A DNA stretch of 64,000 nucleotides from Octopus sinensis (taxonomy: Eukaryota), in NCBI RefSeq assembly GCF_006345805.1, contig NC_042998.1, forward strand, positions 196,478,001 through 196,542,000, in the 5' to 3' direction. A program made the position numbers and the translations under genes. Positions 12,331-24,920 of this stretch are shown here, piece by piece. Position 1 is the first letter of the stretch; each line of letters opens with the position of its first letter. Below the pieces are notes generated by a model that was given only the letters and a program-made list of their open reading frames with translations, was not told the DNA's origin and did no database searches.

Positions 12331-14784
12331 GTTTTATTGTTTTATCTGTGACTTTTTTTTTTGCTTGTTTCAGTCAAGGGACTGTGGCCATGCTGGGGCA
12401 CCGTTTTGATGGGTTTAAGTCTAGGACTTATTCTATTGGTTTCTTTTTGCCAAACTGCTAAGCTGCAACAACATAAGCCAACGTTGGTTGTCACATGAGG
12501 GTGGAGGACAAAAACACACACACACACGACGAACTTCCACGCAGTTTCTGTCTGCCAAATTCACTCACATGGCATGGGTCAGCATTGGGGCTAAGGCAGG
12601 AGTCACATGCCCAAAGTGCCACGCAGTGGGACTGAACACAAAACCATGTGATTGCAACACAAGCTCCTTAACCACTCGGCCATGTCTGCACTTATTCAAG
12701 CATCAACTTTGTGTTATGGCCATGTATTTTAATGCCACTTTTAAGCTGGCATGGGTTTGAGGCGTTGTTTCATCTTGAATCAGGTTTTGTAATTAGTTTG
12801 TTGCCCCCCTAGCCAAATCAGAAAACCATATCTCATTCATACATTTTACTGCATAGTTTCCATCACTGGACATCCTTCCTAACACCAACCACTTTACAGA
12901 GTGCACTTATCATCATTTAATGTCCATATTCTGGCATGAATTGGATGGTTCGACAGAAACTGATGGCCCCAAGGACTGTACTATGCTCCGGTGTCCCCTT
13001 TGGCAGGGTTTCTAAAGCTGGATGCCCATCCTAATGCCAACCACTTCACAGCATGGACCGGATGCTTTTCTTGGGCCACCAGCCCTAATGAAATTGTCAT
13101 GCAATCCACAAGATTACAAACCTTGAGTAGGGAAAGGTAAAATATTAGGGTAAAGGGCCAGAACATAACATCATGGCCCCAACACTAGAGACGTGGTCAT
13201 GTCCAAGACAAGACTGGATGCTGCTCTAGTCTCTACACTGACTCTGCCTTCTTCCCTCTCGTTTCACTTGAATATCCAGTTATTCTCATTGAACTAAACA
13301 GAAAAATTAACTTGAATCTTAATATTCAACGAGAATTTTGTGTAAATAAAGTATGTAATATAGTTTAAATGCTATTAATTCATCATCATCATCGTTTAAC
13401 GTCCATTTTCCGCGCTAGCACGGGTTGGACAGTTCGACTGGGGTCTGGGAAGCCAGGGGCTGCACCAGGCTCCAGTCTGATCTGGCAGAGTTTCTACAGC
13501 TGGATGCCCTTCCTAACGCCAACCACTCCGCGAGTGTAGTGGGTGCTTTTTACGTGCCACCTGCACAGGTGCCAGGGGGCTCCAGCCTCGGCCACGATCT
13601 TTTAACATGCCACCGGCACGGAAGCCAGCCAAGGCGGCGCTGGCAACAGCCACGTTCGGATGGTGCTTTTTATGTGCCACCGGCACAGAAGCCAGTCGGG
13701 GTGGCGCTGGCATCGGCCACGTTCGGATGGTGCTTTTTATGTGCCATTTCTGTTGGAATACACTGCCTTTCTTTCAATTTTTGAAATAATGAATAATTTA
13801 ATAAAATAGCTCTGCATTAATATTCCTCACACTTTCCATTGCATTGTTGCCTTCATTGAACTCATGAAGCAAAATATGTTGAATATGCTCCGTTGTCACT
13901 TCCATTATAGCTTTGAAGAGATAACTTAAAATCGAACTGCACTCTTCAAAACTTGCACTAAGAATAAGTACAAGGTAAAATTATTACCTGCTTTTATAGC
14001 AAGTTGACACAGGTAGTTTATCCCATCCCGCTCTGACTTTTAGCTCATGCAATTGAAAAAAACCACATTATTTATGGGATGACCCAATAGAATTGTTTTA
14101 ACATGCACTTTTCCATGCTTGTATGGTCAAATAGAATTCATTGAGGCAAATTATCTACGGCCAGATGGCTTTCTTGTCACTGACCCTCACTTGGTTTCTA
14201 TGCAAGGTATATAATCCCTTTGTGTATCAAAAACAAACGTCTAGGACATACGAGCCTTTTTTTTTTTTGACGTTGACAAACGTCAGTCAACATGTCAAGA
14301 GGGCTGGACATACTTTTGTGACTGACAACAAACACACAACATCTTTATTTAATAACGAGGTGGTTGTTTTGTTTACAGTTAACAAACACGTTTACCACAA
14401 GCAGAAAATACAATATCATTCACATATACAAATATAGATCCGGGGAAAGGCATTGTACATTTTGGGGGGAGATCTTTCCCTTGTGATTGAGATAATGGTA
14501 CTCCCATATTCCTGAGTTTCTGACGAATATTGGCACCGGATATTTTGCTCTGGCTTATCTCTGAATCATGTCAGTAGGGTGGTGGAGAGGTGATGTGCAA
14601 GCCTTATTGGACCTTACTGGTAGAGCTACTTTCTGATGCCTGGTCAAGTAATTGGAAGCTGTGGGTCCAAACCTAGGTGAAGTTGACCTCATGCACAGGC
14701 ATTGCTGACATTTTGCATGAAAAAGGGTCAGTGATGGTCTTTCTCAGACACAAGTGGATAGCCATTATATCATATATGTTACAG

Positions 14785-15118
14785 AGATGTACTTGCATAG
14801 CAAGTGACCTGATCTGAGATTGTGTGCTGGAACGAAAACAATTGCAGCATGGAAGGTGTTTATAAGCCATTTAAGAAACACACAAAAACCGTTAGATTCA
14901 CTTCAACATTTAAATTTAATTTGCCAAAATATTTTTACTGCTTTGAGACCACGACCTGTTCACCGACAAAATTCCATGCTGTACAGAATTTTGTCAGTGA
15001 ACAGGTCGCAGTCTCAAAGTGACAAAAATATTTTGGTAAATTAAATTTAAATGTTGAAGTGAATCTAACGGTTTTTGTGTTTCTTAAATGGCTTATAAAC
15101 ACCTTCCACGCTGCAATT
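14785..15118. repeat. Head-to-head inverted pair (~135-bp arms, centre about 14978) of the G3-C8 hammerhead repeat
   Basis: 14841-14975 is the reverse complement of 14985-15118. Confidence 0.85.
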
Positions 15119-15210
15119 ATATATAAGGTTAAAAAGGAACATACGAGTTGATATATATGGGAAAAAAAGTCAAGATAGACAATGCTAAACTGATTTTATA
15201 AAAAACATTT

Positions 15211-15246
15211 CAGTACCGGTTTCAGTCATTGAGACTTTTTCAACTG
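15211..15246 (-). ncRNA. Minimal hammerhead motif, U3-A8 variant
   Basis: cag UUGAAAA aguc-ucaau-gacu GAAA ccgg UA cug; palindromic stem III. Confidence 0.6.
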
Positions 15247-15614
15247 TAAGTATGGAAAACAATTAAATTTTGGAAAAATTAAAAGAATATTTGCATAGTA
15301 TTCAAATACAAGGGCATTTTCCTTGTTTCTGTCTGACAATGACTGAACCCACAAGAGAAAGAGAAAAAGACAGAAACAAGGAAAATGCCATGCAAATATT
15401 CTTTTAAAAAACCACGGAGTGGTTGGCGTTAGGAAGGGCATCCAACCGTAGAAACATTGCCAGATCAGACTGGGCCTGGTGCAGCCTTCTGGCTTCCCAG
15501 ACCCCAGTTGAACCATCCAACCTATGCTAGCATGGAAAGCGGACGCTAAACGATGATGATGTACAACTAAATGCAAGAAAATATATATTCAAACCTTAAG
15601 TATATCTTGTATTA

Positions 15615-15722
15615 CTAAGTCCATTTCATAGTTCGACTGGGAGGTCTCCAAGCTAATTTCGGTTCAAAGTAATTCATGTTTTGCTGTTGTTTCTTTGATG
15701 TCGCTTCTTTCTCGTTTTCTTC
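15615..15722 (-). CDS. MAP9: MAP9 terminal exon (EENEKE...KLAWRPPSRTMKWT*)
   Basis: cAG acceptor (weak pyrimidine tract), phase 0, TAG stop; W-x-P-P-S-R-T matches the MAP9 C-terminal motif as recalled from vertebrate MAP9. Confidence 0.8.
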   Translation of the reverse strand, partial: EENEKEATSKKQQQNMNYFEPKLAWRPPSRTMKWT

Positions 15723-17365
15723 CTGCTTTCCCAACAAACGTCAAAGATAATATGAGAATAGAAATAATTCCAGATATCATCAAAAATCAATGGAAATTGT
15801 AGTTGTGATCCCTGTGCCGGTGGCACGTAAAAAGCACCATCCAAACATGGCCGATGCCAGTGCCGCCTTGACTGGCGTCCGTGTCGGTTGACACGTAAAA
15901 AGCACCAACTGATCATGCCCGTTGCCAGCCTTGCCTGGCACCTGTGCCGGTGGCATATAAGTAGCACTCACGGAGTGGTTGGCATTAGGAAGGACATCCA
16001 GCTGTAGAAACATTGCCAGATCAGACTGGAGCCTGGTGCAGCCTCCTGGCTTCCCAGACCCCGGTCGAACTGTCCAACCCGTGCCAGCATAGAAAGCGGA
16101 CGTTAAACGATGATGATGATAATAAATTGAGAAAATGATGAATATTGTCACAACTAATCGCCAGATTTCCTATGAAGTGGCTTACATTGTCTGTTGGTTC
16201 ACAGAAGCAGACACCATTGTAATAAGAGGAGAGTAAGAAGGTAAATTAATGTTAATTGAGAACAGGTATATTAAAAAAAATGAATCTTGCTTTGTTATTT
16301 CATTTATAAGGTGCAACATCCTGAGAACAGATTTCCCCAACTTCTTATTTCTTTATTGCCCACAAGGGGCTAAACATAGAGGGGACAAACAAGGACATCA
16401 ACTCCAGTGCGTAACTGGTACTTATTTAATCGACCCTGAAACTGTCCGTATACTTCATATATGTCCACTCATTTTCTGCTCTATGTCTCTACCACTTTTG
16501 TAATCTCTCCTCCTTGTCACTATTCCTACGTTCCATGTCCCCTAACTTTGAATACCAGTCTGTGGTAAGAAGTTTGCTTCTCAACCATATAGTACCAGGT
16601 TCAATCCCATTGCTTGGTACCTTGCACAAGTGACTTCTAATACAGCCTCAGGCTGACCAAAGCCATCTGGCTGGATTTGGTAGATGGAAACTGAAAGAAG
16701 CCTTGTCATATCTTAGTTCGTCCCCTACAGCTGGTGTTAGTTTGTTTACCTCCCCATGACTTAGCACCTCAGTAAAAGAGACCAATAGAATAAGTACTAG
16801 ACTTAAAAAACCAGTACTGGAGATGACTTGTGTGACTAAAAATTTTTCAAGGTGGTGCCCCAGCATGGCCACAGTCTAAGGACCAAAACAAGGAAAAAAG
16901 AAAAAAAAAGAAAGAAAACCAGATTACTTATTCCTTTCATGACATCAAATTCCCCACCTTGAGTTATAACGAGAGAGAATAAGGCCTTCTTTGGTGTACT
17001 CTGAATTGTCCCCTGCCTCATCATCATCATCATCATCTTCATCGTTGTCGTTTAATGTCCGTTTTCCATGCTGGCATGGGTTGGACGGTTTAACTGTGGA
17101 CTGGTGAGCCAGATGGCTGCACCTGTCTCCAATCTGATTTGGCAAAGTTTCTACATCTGGATGCCCTTCCTACTGCCAACCACTCCAAGAATGTAGTGGG
17201 TGCTTTTTACGTGCCACCAGCACGAAGGCCAGTCAGGTGGTACCGGCATCAGCCACGCTCAAATGGTGCCTTTTATGTGCCACTGGCACCTGCAATCAGG
17301 TGGCAGTGGGATCCATCAAGATTACTGATTCAAAAGTGATGGCCACTTTGTGACTCAAATATTAC

Positions 17366-17510
17366 CTTTCGTATCAACCACTGCTTATAACTTGCGTAAC
17401 TCAACATTTCTTTCTCTAGCTTGATCGTCTCTTTTTCTTTCAGTGTCATTTCCAACTTTTGCTTTTGGTTCAACTTTGCCTCGTGAAGAATATTTTCCTT
17501 TCTCTGTTTC
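17366..17510 (-). CDS. MAP9: MAP9 coding exon 9 (KQRKEN...ASYKQWLIRK)
   Basis: tttttttacAG / GTAATA; phase 2->0; Y-x-x-W-L-x-x-K repeat. Confidence 0.85.
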
Positions 17511-18919
17511 CTGTAAAAAAAAAGAACAAATTGGATTAATAACAGATGCCCATTTCTGGAAATTGCAGGCATAAGACTATCAATTTCTAAGAAGCTTCCT
17601 TCCCAACCATTTGGTTTCAAGTTCAGACTCCATTGAGCAGGTGTCTTGCCCTAAAGACCTGGGGGAGGGGCAAATCAAAGCTTTGTCGGAGGAACTGGTA
17701 GATGGGAACTGAAAGAAACCTGTCAAATATACATCATCATCATCGTTTAACATCTGTTTTCCATGCTGGCATGGATTGGACGGCTTGACTGAGGGCTGGA
17801 GAGCCAAGAGGCTGCACCGGGCTCCAGTCTGATCTGGCAATGTTTCTACAGCTGGATGCCCTTCCTAATGCCAACCACTTTGAGAGTGTAGTGGGTACTT
17901 TTTACATGCCACTGGCACAGGAGCCAGTCAGGTAGCAATGTCATTGGCCATGTTCAGATGGTGCTTTTTATGTGCCACCAGTATGGGGAGCCAGTCAGGG
18001 CGAGGGGGCTGGCGTTGACAACATTCGGATTGTGCTTTTTACATGCCACCAGTACGGGGGGGGGGGGCAGTCAGGCAGCAATGGCAATGACTGATTCATG
18101 AATGGTGCTTATTGCGTGCCACCAGCATGGGGAGCCAGTCAGGCAGCACTGGCATCGGCCACAACTACAATTCCCATACATTACACATAAATATATGTGA
18201 TCCTGGAGATTGCTTGGAGATACAAGTGACGTCGTATAAACCTGCCTAACCATGTGTCTTAACAGCAAGAAACTATTTGTAATTTGTATCTTTATACCTA
18301 TGTACATTGACTGATATTTATCTTACACTGGATGGAGTACCTTTTTTCTGTTGACCTTACCATAACAGAACTACACTCTGTGTGTTTGTGTTTGTGTATC
18401 TCCTTGTCTTGACATCACATCATCATCATCACCATCATTGTTTAACGTCCGTTTTCCATGCTAGCATGGGTTGGATGGTTTGACTGGGGTCTGGGAAACC
18501 AGGAGGCTGCACCAGGCTCCAGTCTGATCTGGCAGTGTTTCTACAGCTGGATGCCCTTCCTAACGCCAACCACTCCTTAAGTGTAGTGGGTGCATTTTAC
18601 GTGCCACTGGCACAGGTGCCAGGCGAGGCTGGCAATGCCCACGATTTGTTGGTGCATTTTATGTGCCACCGGCACGGAAGCCAGTCAAGGCGGCGCTGGC
18701 ATCAGCCACATTCGGATGGTGCCTTTTACATGCCACCGGCACAGGGATCACAACTACAATTTCCATTTGATTTTTTGATGTTGATGTACTTGACTCATGA
18801 CGGTTGTTAATGACCCTCACATCATACAAGTGACATACATTTCCAGTCTTCTGTGATAAACATGTCCAGCCATGGGGAAAATACTATCTTGCTTAGAAAC
18901 AGGTAAGATGGACGTCTGG

Positions 18920-19370
18920 TAATAATAGAGTTTCAGAGGTTGAACAGCTGCAATGCATAGCAACACATGTTGTTCAGTGGTCAAAGTAATCAGCTATCTG
19001 TCAGAACCATTTCACATCCCATGCTTGGTTCATCAGGGTGGTCTGCTGTCACTTCGTCTGTATTACCTGGCTCTCAAGCCACTGCTGTGAAAGCTGTAAC
19101 AGCTGAGGGGCATCCCTTTCAAACAGGGATACAAGTGAAAGTGGATGACATCACCATCATAGTGTTGGATGCCTCCAAAGTGAAGATGGCTGGCATCATT
19201 CTAAAGGAATACAAGTTGGTTGCAAGGGCCAAAATTAACACTGACAAGTCAGTGGACTTGTGGCTGGTCACCTGGAGAAGCAGGTAAATGCTGTCATATG
19301 GTATCATTGAACACTGGACTGACAGGCAAGTTAAACTGCTCAGAGAGGACACTTGGCATTGGTGTTCAAG
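18920..19370 (+). pseudogene. L1/Tx1-like RT fragment
   Basis: DDITIIV..KEYKLVARAKINTDKSV.LWL.TWRS. Confidence 0.55.
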
Positions 19371-19903
19371 ATCTTGGATAGTGGTTTTCTACAATGGTCC
19401 CTAGAGGTCCTCCTGTATCAAGAGGATCAAATCATCATCATCATCATCGTTTAATGTCCGCTTTCCATGCTAGCATGTGTTGGATGATTTGACTGAGGGC
19501 TGGCGAACCTGATGGCTGCACCAGGCTCCAATCATGACCTAGCAGAGTTTGTACAGCTGGATGCCCTTCCTAACGTCAATCACTCCAAGAGTGTAGTGTG
19601 TGCTTTTATGTGCCACCGTCACAGGGGCCAGTCAGGCAGTACTGGCAACGACCTCGCACAAATCTTTTTACACATGCCACCAACACAGGTGCCAGTAAGG
19701 CGATGCTAGTAACGATCACACTCGAATGGTGTCTTTTACGTGCCACCGGCATGGAAGCCAGTTCGCCGCTCTGGCAACGATCATGCTCAGATGATGCTCT
19801 TATCACCTTACTAGCACGGGGCACAAGTGCCAGTAAGGTAAGGAATAATCTTCATTTTTTTTTTATCTGGTGGATATAATGTATATCCTCTTTCTATGTT
19901 TTA

Positions 19904-20401
19904 TCTTTATATATAAAAGTGAGGTTGTGTGCTGTCTGTCTCCTACGATTTAGATTCCTAACTACTCCCACATTTTGCGGTGCAGTGTAACCAAAACCGG
20001 GTATCTTATAGTCGTGATTCATATCGAGCCCTTCTGGGTATTAGCACGCATCTACAATGAGTCTACAATTTTTAAAAATATTTACCATCTTTTTTTCCAT
20101 TTTAATGCATTTTTTCGCTATTATATAAGGGAAGTAACTCTCTAAAAATGTCTACGATGAGTCAACAATTTAAAAAAAATTTACCATCATTTTTTTCCAT
20201 TTTAATGCATTTTTTCGCTATTATATAAGGGAAGTAACTCTCTAAAAATGTCTACGATGAGACGATTTTTAAAAAATTTACCATCATTTTTTTTTCCCAT
20301 TTTTAATGCATTTTTTTGCTATCTTTTGGCTATAACTCTCTAAAAGTGCTTATATAGTTATTTCCCTTACAAACCCGAGCAACGCCAGGTGATACTGCTA
20401 G
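19904..20401 (+). mobile_element. Non-autonomous Helitron
   Basis: 5' TC after A, 3' GC-rich hairpin and CTAG before T; internal ~105-bp repeats; relatives at 3598-3830 (+) and 35832-36050 (-). Confidence 0.85.
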
Positions 20402-20544
20402 TATTGTATATAAAGCATCCTTTCTACTTTATAAAAAGGGATTTTTATATCATTTCATTGTATGTAAGTTCTCACATTTTATGTCTGTTGTTATTTTATC
20501 CCTCTCATCCATTGCCCTGGAGGCAAATGAAAGACATTATCATA

Positions 20545-20952
20545 CTCTCTTTTACTCTTGTACTTGTTTCAGTCATTTGACTGCGGCCATGCTGGAGCAC
20601 CGCCTTTTAGTCGAGCAAATCGACCCCGGGTCTTATTCTTTGTAAGCCCAGTACTTATTCTATCGGTCTCTTTTTGCCGAACTGCTAAGTGACGGGGACG
20701 TAAACACACCAGCATCAGTTGTCAAGCAATGCTAAGGGGACAAACACAGACACACAAACACACACATAAATATATGTATATACATATATACAACAGGCTT
20801 CTTTCAGTTTCCGTCTACCAAATCCACTCACAAGGCATTGGTCGGCTAGGGGCTATAGCAGAAGACACTTGCCCAAGATGCCACGCAGTGGGACTGAACC
20901 CGGAACCATGTGGTTGGTAAGCAAGCTACTTACCACACAGCCACTCCTGCGC
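20545..20952 (-). mobile_element. CORE-type SINE, full length
   Basis: Reverse complement of 43396-43810. Confidence 0.85.
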
Positions 20953-21519
20953 CGATCATCATCATTTTTTAAAAAAGTTTCTTTATTCGCTTAACTTTTC
21001 CAGATTTGTCTGTCACATCTCAGCTCCATCCCACAGCTTAGAGATGCAACACTTTTCTCAACACATGTTGTTCTAAGTACTCTTTTCTACTTTAGACACA
21101 AGGCCCGAAACTTTTGGGGAAGCGGGGAGGCAGTCGATTAGATTGACCCCAGTATGCAACTGGTACTTAATTTGTTCTAATTATTGCTGCCAACTGAATA
21201 CTTCCAAAAAGTTTGGTATTTGCAGCTTTTGACACCAGAATATTGCTCTCTTTGAGGTGGTCCCAAATGAACTGATTACAATTGGTACCACACTCGTTTC
21301 TGAGGCTCTGTGGATGCATTTCACTTCCCATGGTTGGTACTTCCTGACTTTCTCATCCTCTGTCACAAGGCCAAATATCCCTGAAAGTTTCATCTGAATA
21401 CATCCAGTGGTTCTAGGGATATCTTGTCCAGAGAAAAACACACAAACAAACAAACAAACATGACTGAAAACAATACCTCCACCTTAGCGAAGGCAGAGGC
21501 AATAAACATATTTGAATGC

Positions 21520-21900
21520 AGTTCTCTATTTAAGAGATGAGGAATTATTTACATTATTTACATTATTTACATTTGACGGATATTTGTCCTCATCTTTTTT
21601 GTTTTTAACACAACATTTCGGCTGATATACCCTCCAGCCTTCATCAGGTGTCTTGGGCATATGACGTAGTGGTTAAGAGCATGGGCTACTAACCCCAAGA
21701 TTCTGAGTTCGATTCCAGGCAGTGGCCTGAATAATAATAATAATAATAACATCAAAAATACCTTAGGAATGAGAACCCAGGTTCAAAATTTCCCCAAGAC
21801 ACCTGATGAAGGCTGGAGGGTATACCAGCCAAAATGTTGAAACAAGATGAGGACAAATATCTGTCAAATGTAAATAATGTAAATAATGTACATAATGTAT
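21520..21900. mobile_element. tRNA-headed, hammerhead-bearing retroelement with an inverted copy of its own 3' part
   Basis: A/B boxes at 21660-21720; CTGATGA..GAAA motif at 21607-21652 (-) and a decayed copy at 21798-21840 (+); same layout at 35240-35575. Confidence 0.7.
21607..21652 (-). ncRNA. Minimal type-I hammerhead ribozyme motif (C3-G8 core)
   Basis: gacac CUGAUGA a ggcug-loop-cagcc GAAA ug UU guguu. Confidence 0.7.
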
Positions 21901-21950
21901 ATTTGAATGCTAACAGAGAAATAAATAGATGAAGGAAAACACCAACTGAC

Positions 21951-22096
21951 CAGATAAGAAAGGCACCTGTATTCTTTTTCTCTTTCCAGGATTTCTCTTC
22001 ATTCGCTTTCTGCATCTTCAAACGTTCATTTTCTTGTTTACTTTTCCATTTCTCTTTCAAAATTTTGTCCTTACTTTCTTTCCAAGCGTTAAAACA
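21951..22096 (-). CDS. MAP9: MAP9 coding exon 8 (CFNAWKESKDKILKEK...AFLI)
   Basis: ctcttacAG / GTCAGT; phase 0->2 rebuilds a Trp codon with the next exon. Confidence 0.85.
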
Positions 22097-22535
22097 CTGT
22101 AAGAGGAGAAAAGAGAATGTCAACCTCTGATACTACCACATACTATTATTATTATCCTATGTTTGACTTTTGCTTTACATTTGCACAAGCTGGCTCCAGG
22201 TCTCACCCAGAGACCTCAAGAGACAACAAGTTGGAAGTTCATGTTGGTGTTATGCCTACGGTGCCATATATTTGGTTTTGTATTTAGTGTTGTACTAGTG
22301 AATGTCTAAAAAAACCATACGAAAATTATGTTTGTTTTAAAACTTGAGACTACATAGAAAGTATTTTGCGTAGGATATGAGCAGTTTCCATTAGCACTAT
22401 CTTTTGAATATCTGCCATTTTGGGGTTTCCTGGTATCTGAGTTAGGTAGCAATCAGCCCCTTTTGCTATCATTCCCAGGGCACCTATGACAACAGGTATT
22501 GTTTTAGTTGATTATTATTATTATTATTATTATTA

Positions 22536-22582
<47 letters not shown>

Positions 22583-22928
22583 ATGATGATGATGATGATG
22601 TTGTTGTTGTTACTAGTAGAGATACCTGGCCTTGCTCGGGATTAAAATGGCATAGATTTTTATTGTTTTACTTGTTTCAGTCATGTGACTGTGGCCATGC
22701 TGGAGCACCGACCTTGGTCGAAGAAATCAACCACAGGATTTATTCTTTGTAAGCCTAGTACTCATTCTGTCAGTGTCTTTTACCAAACCGCTAAGTTACG
22801 GGAATGTAAACACAGCAACATCAGTTGTCAAGACACACACACACATACACATATATATGACAGTCTTCTTTCAGTTTCCAAGTACAAAATCCACTCACAA
22901 GGTTTTGGTCAACCTGAGGCTATAATAA

Positions 22929-22959
<31 letters not shown>

Positions 22960-22962
<3 letters not shown>

Positions 22963-24000
22963 AGAGTTTATGAAAAAAACAAAAGACGAAGACAGGTGGT
23001 GTACAAAACAAACAAATGTATTAGTATAACGCTCAGGAATAGAAAAAGTCTTTTACGTTTCGAGCCTACGCTCTTCTACAGAAAGGGACACAGAAAAAAC
23101 TAGGAGAGAAACAAGGAGAGAAAAAATGTGTGTAGTGGCTACCGATCTATCATGGCGTCTGACTCGGACAGAAGGGTCACACACGAGAGGGAAAGTAGGG
23201 GAGATAACAAAGTAAAGATGACCCCCCAACATGAAGGTGTGTGGGTGTATAAGAGAGTATGTATGTGTGTGTGAAAGAGGGCTGGTGGTCTGGACGTGTG
23301 CATGTATGTATGTGTAGGTGTGAAAATGTGGGGATGGGTAGTGTGTTGTGATGTGATGTGTAATGTTGCATGGTGTAGTGTGGTGTGGTGTGATGTTGTT
23401 GGGAGGTGGGGGAGGCGAGAGTGGAGAAAGCACGGGTGGGGTGTGGCTTCAGCTGAGGGTTGGTGTAGAGTTGGGATTTGTGGGTAGGTAGAGGGTGAGG
23501 GTAAAGGTGGGGTATGTGGGATAGGATGGGGGTGGGAAGGATAGGGAAGGTGGAGTAGGAATGTGTAGGGGTGGGTGGGCTTATGGGGGAGGGGAAGGTG
23601 GGTATGTGAGTAGAGAGAGGAGGAAAGAGAGAATGAGAGAGAGAGAGGAAGAGAGGGTGAGAGAGCAAGAGAATAAGAGAAAAGAGAGAAAGAGGGAAGA
23701 GAGAAAGAGAGTAGGAGAGAAGAGAGTAAGAGAGAAGAGGGAAAGAGAGTAGGGGTGAAGAGAAGTAGGAGTGAAGAGAAGTATGTGTCAGGGCAAGAGA
23801 GGAGAGTTGTGTGGGAGGAAGTAGGAGGGAGGGGGAGAGAGAGGAGAGAAGGAGAGTGAGGGAGCAGAGAGAAAGAGAGTAAGAGAGAAGAGGGAAAGAG
23901 AGTAGGGGTGAAGAGATGTAGGAGTCGGGGAGGAGGTTAGATGAAGAGGGGAGGAGAGTTGAGCCCAAATGGCGTAAAAGAGCGGAGATAGAAGATTAAT
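22960..24000 (-). mobile_element. 3' end of a Penelope-like element (end of GIY-YIG ORF, CT-rich UTR, pLTR with hammerhead-like motif)
   Basis: Minus-strand FYLRSFTPFGLNS (L..P.GLN end motif) near 23990-23955; terminal ~150 bp repeated at 56572-56715; a UTR piece recurs at 30920-31005. Confidence 0.65.
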
Positions 24001-24038
24001 CCCTGTTCCCTGTTCACATATATATATATATATATATA

Positions 24039-24883
24039 GTAGCTGACATACCCGGTAATTCCCAGGAATGGTTCCATTCTCATAATTGTTTCGCTAATCC
24101 AGTAACAACAACACAAAGAAGTATGTAGCCCTTAAAACAGTTTTTGTACATTTACAGAGAATATCAAACTGCCTTACACAGGGTCTTGTTTTTAGGAATT
24201 CCCAATAAGTTATGAATACCCAAATTGTGAAGTCAGTTATGTAATAACATGAAATTAATTAACCTATAGTAAGAATTCCAAAAAAGTAGCCCCGAAAAGG
24301 GCTTTAATACATTTCCAGAGTATATAGAACTTGGGATGAAATACTAATAAGGTATGTATACTAAAATCATGAAATATGTTACATAATAACAGGCTAATCA
24401 GATATGTGATAATAACAATTCAAAGTAATTAACTATGAAAAAAAGCTTTTGTGCATTCCCAGAGAATATTTCCCTCAGGGGCGCTAGTGTTGGTATATTC
24501 GTAAATAAGTCATTAACTGAAATAAGTGGATCTATTGTTTAGGAGAATACTATTTACTTGTTTAAGCGTTGTACTGGATAAATTGAGAAAATAACTAAAA
24601 TAGTTCAAATACTAAGAAATAAACATACTGAAAATGAATGGGTTATTTCCCTTGGAAGCTTAAAAATTTTACACCCATCTTTCACTCACGCCAAATGTTA
24701 TTCCTCCCGCCTTTTACCCGAACATTTTTTCAAAATCAATTTATACTTAAAACCTCCCCAGACACATAAATAATGTGTACGTGAAGTTTAAGAAAAATCG
24801 GTCAAGCCGTTTTGGCACAAAACGAAGACATACTGATACACACACACACACACACACAGACATTTTCAGTTTTAATATGTAAG

Positions 24884-24884
<1 letters not shown>
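24039..24884 (-). mobile_element. Non-autonomous Helitron-like element; a similar one at 37816-38230 (-)
   Basis: Minus-strand TCTTACATATTAAAA..(TG)n start and CCGGGTATGTCAGCTAC end. Confidence 0.6.

Positions 24885-24920
<36 letters not shown>

Larger units (their letters stand above)
13381..19838. mobile_element. Multiple RTE 3'-end copies (13381-13746 -, 15414-15560 +, 15783-16120 +, 17019-17292 -, 17732-18175 -, 18418-18796 -, 19432-19838 -)
   Basis: Same conserved terminus and (CAT)n/(GAT)n tails; the span is not contiguous and includes MAP9 exons. Confidence 0.8.

Noticed and set aside
14430-14780. Coding-looking, GC-balanced block as an extra MAP9 exon
   Set aside because: It lies beyond the MAP9 stop, has stops in the frames examined and no recognisable motif; probably an unclassified retroelement relic.
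21656-21730. Functional tRNA genes here and at 4685, 35415, 53181, 53432
   Set aside because: These are A/B-box heads of SINE-like repeats lacking complete acceptor stems and continuing into repeat bodies.
23053-23968. Long Ser/Leu/Pro- or Arg/Glu-rich ORFs
   Set aside because: They are low-complexity GA/CT tracts lacking stops by composition.
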